From positions 1 to 25,360 of the forward strand of contig JAAOIL010000162.1 of the NCBI GenBank assembly GCA_015163825.1: a stretch of DNA of 25,360 bases, given 5' to 3'. Of the stretch, positions 18,688 through 25,062 are shown one piece after another. The translations under genes were made by a program, and so were the position numbers. The notes below the pieces were generated by a model. The model searched no databases and was not told the DNA's origin. It saw only the letters and a program-made list of their open reading frames with translations. This DNA is from Alphaproteobacteria bacterium. Its GTDB lineage: Bacteria; Pseudomonadota; Alphaproteobacteria; RS24. Position 1 is the first letter of the stretch. Every line of letters begins with the position of its first letter.

Positions 18688-20460
18688 ATGAAAGAGGCGG
18701 CAGCATATCAAGTGCAACGTTCTGCTTCGGCGCGATTTTGGAAAATGCGTCCGATTGATGATAATAAAATCCTCGCCATAACCCAACGCCATCAACTACC
18801 AGAGATAATCGCCCGCCTTTTATGTTTGCGCGGGGTTGCGCTTGATGATGTGCCGCATTATTTATCGCCTAAACTGCGTGATATAATGCCAGATCCCCTA
18901 TCATTGCGTGATATGGATAAAGCCGTTTCCCGCCTAGCAACCGCCATAGAGCAAGGCGAGACAATCGCTGTGTTCGGCGATTATGATGTTGATGGCGCAA
19001 CCTCATCGGCTATTTTATATCATTATTTATCGGCGCTAGGCTTGCCGCCACGCCTTTATATCCCCGACCGCCAAACGGAGGGCTATGGTCCCAATCATAA
19101 TGCGTTTTCTATTCTGAAAGAAGAGGGGCATAATATAATCGTCTGTGTTGATTGTGGCACAATGGCACATGATGTATTGGCGAAAGCCAAAGCGGACGGC
19201 ACAGAAATTATCGTCATAGACCATCACCAAAGCGGGGGTGGTTTGCCGTCTTGTGCTGCCCTTATCAACCCGCGCCGTGCTGATGATGATAGCGGGCTAG
19301 ATTATTTAGCAGCCGTTGGTGTGGTGTTTTTTGTGGTCGTCGGGTTGCATCGGGAACTTCGCAAACGCGGCTTTTTTGATGAAAAAGAAATGCCCGATTT
19401 AATGGGCTATTTAGATTTAGTGGCACTCGGCACGGTCTGTGATGTCGTGCCATTGCAAGGGGTTAATCGGGCTTTCGTGCAACAGGGCATAAAGGTTCTA
19501 CAAGGCAAAAATAGTAATATGGGGCTAGGGGCGTTGGCACGGGCGGCTAAATCCGAGCCGCCTTATGGCACTTATGAAATGGGCTTTCAATTAGGACCCC
19601 GCCTCAATGCTGGGGGGCGTGTCGGGCAGGCTAATCTGGGGGTGCGCCTATTGACCAGCGATGATGCAGAAGAACTGGTCGGCATTGCCGCGCGCCTTGA
19701 TGATTTCAACAAACAACGCCAAAGTATTGAAAAAACCGTGCTAGCGGAATCCCTCGCTATGGTGGAAACAAAAATAGGCTCGTCAAATACACCGCCGCCT
19801 TTTTTATTGGTCGCTAATGAAGACTGGCATATCGGGGTTGTCGGTATTGTCGCTAGTCGTTTGAAAGACCGCTATCATCGCCCAAGTTTTGTGTTGGGGT
19901 TTAATGACGGCAAATTTAAGGGGTCGGTGCGCTCTATCAGTGGCGTGGATATCGGGCGGATGGTGGCAACAGCCGTTGATAACAATATCATTGAGGGCGG
20001 GGGAGGGCACGCTATGGCAGCAGGGGTCACCCTGACCCCCGCACAATTACCCGCCTTTGAATCTTATCTGGCAGAAGCCCTTGAAGGCAAAGTGCAAGAC
20101 ACACCAAAAGAACTTATGCTTGATGGATCGCTAACACCAAAGGCGGCGACGCGTGATTTTTATGAAAGTTTGCAAGAGGTTGGTCCCTTCGGGGCAGGTA
20201 ATGCCGAGCCATGTTTTGCTCTGCCTGATGTCAGAATCATAAAGGCGACAATCGTGGGCGACCAACACGTGCGCTGCATCATAAGCGGCATAGATGGCGG
20301 CAGTCTAAAAGCAATGGCGTTTGCCTCTGTGCCAGAAGATGTGCGTCATGCTCTGTTGCAAAACCCCTATCGCGCCCACATTGCGGGCACTCTGCGCCCC
20401 GACGATTGGAACGGCAAAAACGATACCCAATTCTTCATCCGTGATATAGCCCTACCCTAA
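18688..20460 (+). CDS. recJ: Single-stranded-DNA-specific exonuclease RecJ
   Basis: DHH motifs GDYDVDGATS, VDCG and DHH; LVALGTVCDV, PRLNAGGR, GVVGIVASRL, DHHA1 GGGHAMAAG and PFGAGNAEP. Confidence 0.97.
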   Translation: MKEAAAYQVQRSASARFWKMRPIDDNKILAITQRHQLPEIIARLLCLRGVALDDVPHYLSPKLRDIMPDPLSLRDMDKAVSRLATAIEQGETIAVFGDYDVDGATSSAILYHYLSALGLPPRLYIPDRQTEGYGPNHNAFSILKEEGHNIIVCVDCGTMAHDVLAKAKADGTEIIVIDHHQSGGGLPSCAALINPRRADDDSGLDYLAAVGVVFFVVVGLHRELRKRGFFDEKEMPDLMGYLDLVALGTVCDVVPLQGVNRAFVQQGIKVLQGKNSNMGLGALARAAKSEPPYGTYEMGFQLGPRLNAGGRVGQANLGVRLLTSDDAEELVGIAARLDDFNKQRQSIEKTVLAESLAMVETKIGSSNTPPPFLLVANEDWHIGVVGIVASRLKDRYHRPSFVLGFNDGKFKGSVRSISGVDIGRMVATAVDNNIIEGGGGHAMAAGVTLTPAQLPAFESYLAEALEGKVQDTPKELMLDGSLTPKAATRDFYESLQEVGPFGAGNAEPCFALPDVRIIKATIVGDQHVRCIISGIDGGSLKAMAFASVPEDVRHALLQNPYRAHIAGTLRPDDWNGKNDTQFFIRDIALP

Positions 20461-20472
20461 AGGGCATGCCCC

Positions 20473-20501
20473 TTGACAGAAAAAGGGGGGCGGCATATCT
20501 T
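20473..20501 (+). promoter_or_regulatory. Putative sigma70 promoter for the two-gene cassette
   Basis: Perfect TTGACA (20473-78), 17-nt spacer, TATCTT (20496-20501). A GAGGTG RBS lies before ATG 20541. Confidence 0.65.
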
Positions 20502-20540
20502 GTGAATCAGGAAAATTATATCCGCAAATGAGGTGGAATC

Positions 20541-20771
20541 ATGAAGACGAACGATTTAGATTTAATACACGAAGACGTACTGATTGATGGGCGTATGCCT
20601 AGTTTTTGGGAGCACTTTGCTGATATGTGGAAGCCTGTCGCGGATATAAAATTGCACAGACCTAAAGTTGGTATGGCGCGTTGGGATGCGGATACACAAA
20701 GGATTAAAACATATTATGACAAAGCCTTAAAAACTTTAGACACCGAGATAGACCAACATGTCCAACGATAA
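20541..20771 (+). CDS. Hypothetical 76-aa soluble protein, upstream partner of the DUF2335-like gene
   Basis: Strong GAGGTG RBS, promoter upstream, and 14-nt overlap with the next gene. No family recognised. Confidence 0.7.
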   Translation: MKTNDLDLIHEDVLIDGRMPSFWEHFADMWKPVADIKLHRPKVGMARWDADTQRIKTYYDKALKTLDTEIDQHVQR

Positions 20772-21192
20772 AGATGACAAAACACCCATTGCTTCGTCTG
20801 AGGAAACAAGTCCAGTTACAAAATTAGGTGATGATAATCATGTTATCACAACAAAGGGATTTTCTGGTCCTGTGCCGCCGCCCGATATGTTACACGAATA
20901 TGAAAATGTATTGCCAGGGGCTGCGGAAAGAATTTTTATTCTTGCAGAGAAAAATCAAAGTGCTAGTGAAAAAATTACTTATGGCGTTATATCAAATGAT
21001 AAAGAGAAAATCCGCTATAGTTTTATTGTGTCTATTGTTTCTTTAATTGTGCCATTTGCACCAGCCGCAATAAGTATGTATCTAGGGCAAAACCCCTTTT
21101 TGAGTGGTGGTCTAGGAATTATTGGGGCGATAATTTTGATTTTGCTTCCTAAAATTGGTGCACGTCCAGAAGCGGATTCATCTACCGAGTAA
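20758..21192 (+). CDS. DUF2335-like predicted membrane protein
   Basis: The FSGPVPPPDMLHEYENVLPGAAERIFILAE motif is typical of DUF2335 (from recall) and is followed by two C-terminal hydrophobic helices. Confidence 0.82.
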   Translation: MSNDKDDKTPIASSEETSPVTKLGDDNHVITTKGFSGPVPPPDMLHEYENVLPGAAERIFILAEKNQSASEKITYGVISNDKEKIRYSFIVSIVSLIVPFAPAAISMYLGQNPFLSGGLGIIGAIILILLPKIGARPEADSSTE

Positions 21193-21251
21193 GGAAAATC
21201 CCGCCTTGAAATTAGTGGCGATTGGGGTTATATGGGGCGCATAAGTCTGTT

Positions 21252-21326
21252 GCACCCTTCGTCTATCGGTTAGGACGCCAGGTTTTCAACCTGGAAAGAG
21301 GGGTTCGATTCCCCTAGGGTGTACCA
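21252..21326 (+). tRNA. tRNA-Glu (TTC)
   Basis: 75 nt. GCACCCT/AGGGTGT acceptor stem, anticodon stem CCAGG/CCTGG with loop TT-TTC-AA, GTTCGATTC, encoded CCA. Confidence 0.96.
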
Positions 21327-21347
21327 GACTTTTTCCCTAAATTCAGA

Positions 21348-21968
21348 TTATCTTGCGGCTTGGTAGATTTTGTCGTCGCCTTCCCATACGCGTTTGATAA
21401 ACTGGTCACGACCAGAACGGAAGCGATAATATTTATAGCGCACGGCATTGCGGCGATAATAATCTTGGTGATAATCTTCGGCGGTATAGAATTTATCGGC
21501 TTTTTCAAGGCTTGTTGCGATGGTGTTAAACTTGCCCGATGCTTCTAGTGCTTTGATAGCCCCTTTGGCTAATCTTTTTTGTTTGGTGTTGGCATAATAT
21601 ATTGCGGTGGAATATTGTCGCCCTCTATCCACGAAACTGCCAGTGCCATCGCTTGGGTCGTGCATACGCCAGAATGCGCTCAGCAATTCTTGATAGCTAA
21701 CGATGTTGGTATCGTAAGGCACTTTGACCGTTTCGCGGTGTTGCGTTGCCCCCGATGCGACATCCCGATAAGCAGGGCGCACCTTCGCGCCACCCATATA
21801 GCCAGAGATAACATCGCCAACCCCTTCTATTTGTTCAAAGTCTGATTCCGTGCACCAGAAGCACCCGCCAGCGAAATAGGCAATTGCTTGTTCCGCTTGT
21901 GCTTGGGTGGTGGCGAGCGGGGAAGCCAGAATGGTGGAAAAGATGAGGGCGTATAATATATGTTTCAT
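21348..21968 (-). CDS. msrA: Peptide methionine sulfoxide reductase A with N-terminal signal peptide
   Basis: Motifs FAGGCFWCTE, SGYMGG, HDP, DRGRQYSTAIY and AEDYHQDYY; signal-like N-terminus ending AQA. Confidence 0.93.
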   Translation of the reverse strand: MKHILYALIFSTILASPLATTQAQAEQAIAYFAGGCFWCTESDFEQIEGVGDVISGYMGGAKVRPAYRDVASGATQHRETVKVPYDTNIVSYQELLSAFWRMHDPSDGTGSFVDRGRQYSTAIYYANTKQKRLAKGAIKALEASGKFNTIATSLEKADKFYTAEDYHQDYYRRNAVRYKYYRFRSGRDQFIKRVWEGDDKIYQAAR

Positions 21969-22543
21969 TGGTTTGTCTCCTTGTTTTCATTATGGCTTAT
22001 TTTATAGGCGGGTGTCCAGCCCCGCGCTCTTTCTTTGCCGAGCAACCAGTCGCGCTTGCTCATTTTTTTGCGTAAGCGCGCTATGGCATCGGCGGCGAGG
22101 ATAGGCACTCCCAGATTTTGTCGGGCGGGGTTGGTGAGATAAAGATTTGCCCATTTAGCACCTTCGCGGAGGTCGGCATTGGGGGGCGTGGCAGTCGCAT
22201 AGAGTTCAACCAGCAAGGCTTGTGCCGTGAAATGTCCGGCATTGGCAGCACGATCTATCCACATAATGCCAGTTTTGTTGTCGCCAATATCCAGCAGACA
22301 TTCGCCCAAGGCGGTTTGGGCATCTTCAAAGCCTCTGCCTTGTGTGGCGATGGGTTCTAGTGCTTCTATTGCGCCAGTGCAATCGCCGCTTTGCTTCAAC
22401 GCAAACGCATCCCAATAGGGGGAGGGGGCGCGCCGTCCCTCTAATTGCTTGGCACGGACTTTATCTTTTAGCTCTGCGGGCAAAGCGTCGCCTCCCGCAA
22501 GCAAGGGCAACATAAAAACAATAAGCAAAAGAGAACGCCGCAT
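21965..22543 (-). CDS. Exported Sel1-like repeat (TPR-type) protein
   Basis: Hydrophobic signal and Sel1-like segments 'AQTALGECLL...WIDRAANAGHFTAQALLVELY'. ATGA overlap with msrA. Confidence 0.7.
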   Translation of the reverse strand: MRRSLLLIVFMLPLLAGGDALPAELKDKVRAKQLEGRRAPSPYWDAFALKQSGDCTGAIEALEPIATQGRGFEDAQTALGECLLDIGDNKTGIMWIDRAANAGHFTAQALLVELYATATPPNADLREGAKWANLYLTNPARQNLGVPILAADAIARLRKKMSKRDWLLGKERARGWTPAYKISHNENKETNQ

Positions 22544-22547
22544 AAGA

Positions 22548-22967
22548 CTACCAATGCCCCTTATTTTTCATAGATGCCCATGGCTCGCAAGGCGGTAATG
22601 ATGCCCCTGCTTGTAATAATTCTACGGAGACATCATCGGGGGAGCGCACAAATGCCATGCGTCCATCACGAGGCGGACGATTGATAACAATCCCGGCATT
22701 TTGCAATTTTTGGCAGGTTTCGTAAATGTTCTCTACCTCATAAGCCAGATGCCCGAAATTGCGCCCCTCGCCCAGAGTCTCTGCGTCCCAATTATAGGTC
22801 AGTTCTATTTGGGCATCGGGTTGGTCGGGCGGGGCGAGGAATAATAGCGTGAAACGCCCTTCTTCTATTTCAAAGCGCCCCATTTCTGCCAGCCCCAAAT
22901 GTGTGCAGTAAAACGCCACAGACGCATCTATGTCGCTTATGCGAAGCATAGTGTGTAGATATTTCAT
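22548..22967 (-). CDS. gloA: Lactoylglutathione lyase (glyoxalase I, VOC family)
   Basis: Motifs MKYLHTMLRISD, GRFTLLFL, ELTYNWD, GRNFGHLAYEVENIY and MAFVRSPD-SVELLQ. Confidence 0.92.
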   Translation of the reverse strand: MKYLHTMLRISDIDASVAFYCTHLGLAEMGRFEIEEGRFTLLFLAPPDQPDAQIELTYNWDAETLGEGRNFGHLAYEVENIYETCQKLQNAGIVINRPPRDGRMAFVRSPDDVSVELLQAGASLPPCEPWASMKNKGHW

Positions 22968-22978
22968 ACCAATCCCCC

Positions 22979-22993
22979 TTAACCTTTCCTTAA
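22979..22993. promoter_or_regulatory. CtrA-type box TTAA-N7-TTAA
   Basis: TTAA-CCTTTCC-TTAA in the gloA/csp divergent intergenic region, 12-26 nt upstream of the gloA start. Confidence 0.5.
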
Positions 22994-23118
22994 ATAGTGT
23001 GCGTTAGTCTAACATTATGAAAGATATGCGCAATAAGAATTTGTTTTTTAGAGGCAAGTGCTATATAAGATAGACTTCACTTTTGAAAAATAATAATTTA
23101 ACGATAAGAGGTAATACA

Positions 23119-23751
23119 ATGTCAGAGGAAATAGAAGAAGACAACACACAAGAAGAAGCCGTGCCAATAGAGGGCACCGTCAAATGGTTTGATCCTGTTA
23201 AGGGTTATGGCTTTATCATTCCTGATGAGGGGGATACGGATATTCTTGTGCATCATTCCACTTTGCGCAGAGGCGGGCACGAGGCTCTTTATACAGGGGC
23301 GCGGGTTAAATGCACTATCGTGGAACGCTCGCAAGGCTTCCAAACCGATAGCATTATTGCCGTTGATAATACCGATGCGGAACTTCCCCATCAACGCCAA
23401 CAGATGGAATCTATGATAGACCAAGTTGAAGATGTGGGCGAACAAACAAGAGCGATTGTTAAATGGTTTAATCGCTTGCGCGGTTTTGGTTTTGTCAATG
23501 TAGAAGATGGCGATGATGATATTTTCGTGCATATGGAAGTGCTTCATGCGGCGGGGCTAGATGTGCTTGTGCCGGGTCAATATATATTGGTGCGTTATGG
23601 TATGGGTCCTAAAGGCTTGATGGCGACAGAAGTTGTGCGCATAGATGGCGCAGGCGAAGTCGGCACTTACGATGACGACGACTATGATGATGAAGACTAT
23701 GATGACGATGACGATTTCATAGACGACGATATGGACGATGACGAAGAATAA
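23119..23751 (+). CDS. Cold-shock protein with two CSD domains and an acidic C-terminal tail
   Basis: Two RNP1/RNP2 sets: GTVKWFDPVKGYGFI...DILVH and VKWFNRLRGFGFV...DIFVH. ATG 23119 follows a GAGGT RBS. Confidence 0.92.
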   Translation: MSEEIEEDNTQEEAVPIEGTVKWFDPVKGYGFIIPDEGDTDILVHHSTLRRGGHEALYTGARVKCTIVERSQGFQTDSIIAVDNTDAELPHQRQQMESMIDQVEDVGEQTRAIVKWFNRLRGFGFVNVEDGDDDIFVHMEVLHAAGLDVLVPGQYILVRYGMGPKGLMATEVVRIDGAGEVGTYDDDDYDDEDYDDDDDFIDDDMDDDEE

Positions 23752-24223
23752 TTCCGCCCCAGATTATTCTGCAGATTATATTGCATCACTAGCCCCGCCC
23801 GAACCATTTCGGTTGAGTGTGCGGCGGGGACCTTTCACAACACATAACGGACCATGGTTTCACTGGGCAAAAGATGATGCGTTCAGGCAGGGTGTTCGTG
23901 TGGCAAAAAACCACTGCAACAGCAGAGGTATTGTGCATGGCGGCTTTTTAAGTAGCCTCGCTGATGGGCTGGCGGCGACGGCAGTCTTTCGTTCATTGGG
24001 GCGCAATTCTGTTACGATAAAACTCTCTACCGAATTCCTCGCTAGTGCAAAAGTCGGGGACTGGCTGCAGGGCACGGCTTGGGTCGTGCGTTCCACCCGC
24101 TCCCTCGCCTTTGTGGAGGCACGGGCGTGGCTGGGCGAAGGGCAAGATATGCCAAGTGCCACAGATGACGGTTATATATTCACCGCCTCCGCCATATTCC
24201 GCTTATTCGGGGAAACTTCTTGA
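23738..24223 (+). CDS. PaaI-family (hotdog-fold) thioesterase
   Basis: HCNSRGIVHGGFLSSLAD motif, 'VTIKLSTEFLASAKVGDWL' and 'RSTRSLAFVEA'. Confidence 0.85.
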   Translation: MTKNNSAPDYSADYIASLAPPEPFRLSVRRGPFTTHNGPWFHWAKDDAFRQGVRVAKNHCNSRGIVHGGFLSSLADGLAATAVFRSLGRNSVTIKLSTEFLASAKVGDWLQGTAWVVRSTRSLAFVEARAWLGEGQDMPSATDDGYIFTASAIFRLFGETS

Positions 24224-24259
24224 AATTAATCTCATAATTGCTTAATAGAGGCGGTATGT

Positions 24260-24336
24260 CGGGGCATGGCGCAGTCTGGTAGCGCACCTGGTTTGGGACC
24301 AGGGGGTCGCAAGTTCGAATCTTGCTGCCCCGACCA
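24260..24336 (+). tRNA. tRNA-Pro (TGG)
   Basis: 77 nt. CGGGGCA acceptor stem, anticodon stem CCTGG/CCAGG with loop TT-TGG-GA, GTTCGAATC, encoded CCA. Confidence 0.96.
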
Positions 24337-24361
24337 ACTATAACAATCGGAGGAGACTATT

Positions 24362-24661
24362 ATGAAAACGACAAAACTTTTTACGGTTATTTTACTGTCA
24401 TCTACGCTTCTTATCAGCGCTTGTGCTGATAAGCAAATATTCGTTCTTAAACGAGGCGGCGGCAGTTTGGTTGAAGATGCGCGTCATACTTTCCATTTTG
24501 GCGGTATTGGACAAAGCCAAAGCGTTAATGCTGCTGCTATTTGTGGTAGTGCTGAAAGAATTGTTAGTGTTGAAGCGGAAGATACATTTATTAATGGCTT
24601 AATTGGACTCATCACGCTTACAATTTATACCCCACGTCAATATCGTGTGCGTTGCGGTTAA
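24362..24661 (+). CDS. Bor/Iss-family lipoprotein, copy 1
   Basis: ISAC lipobox. 'GGIGQSQSVNAAAICGSAERIV...TFINGLIGLITLTIYTP...RVRC' parallels lambda Bor (GIGQKKTVDAAKICGGAENVV...TFVNGLLGFITLGIYTP, from recall). GGAGG RBS. Confidence 0.9.
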   Translation: MKTTKLFTVILLSSTLLISACADKQIFVLKRGGGSLVEDARHTFHFGGIGQSQSVNAAAICGSAERIVSVEAEDTFINGLIGLITLTIYTPRQYRVRCG

Positions 24662-24682
24662 TTTTGGAACAGGAGAAATATT

Positions 24683-24979
24683 ATGAAAACGGCAAATTTT
24701 TTTACGATAATCTTACTTGCATCCACTTTATTTGTGAGTGCATGTGCTAGGCAAGAATTTTCTATCAATGGCGGCAGTGGGAATGTTGCTCGCGATGAAG
24801 GCAATCATTTCTTCATTGGCGGCACTTTTCAAAGTCAGACAACCAACGTTGCGGAAATATGCGGAGGCGCAAAAAAAGTTGTGAGTGTTGAAGCCGAACA
24901 TACTTTTTTGAATTCTATAATCAGTCTTGTGTCTTGGGGCATATATACACCGCGTCAATATCGCGTTATTTGTCGCTAG
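24683..24979 (+). CDS. Bor/Iss-family lipoprotein, copy 2
   Basis: VSAC lipobox, HFFIGG, ICGGAKKVV, TFLN and GIYTP...RVIC. GGAG RBS. Confidence 0.9.
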   Translation: MKTANFFTIILLASTLFVSACARQEFSINGGSGNVARDEGNHFFIGGTFQSQTTNVAEICGGAKKVVSVEAEHTFLNSIISLVSWGIYTPRQYRVICR

Positions 24980-24996
24980 TAACAAAATGCTTCAAC

Positions 24997-25032
24997 AAGC
25001 CCCGCTATTGTGAAAATGATAGCGGGGTTTTT
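24997..25032 (+). terminator. Intrinsic terminator after the bor pair
   Basis: CCCCGCTAT (25000-08) / ATAGCGGGG (25019-27) stem followed by TTTTT. Confidence 0.85.
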
Positions 25033-25062
25033 CTTTATGGGGTGATGTGTTAATATCACGCT

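Noticed and set aside
291-24985. Numerous 60-180-aa antisense or alternate-frame ORFs in the track (e.g. 9092-9568, 13635-14177, 16357-16848)
   Set aside because: They lie within or across well-supported genes, have no recognisable motifs, and are expected by chance at about 50% GC.
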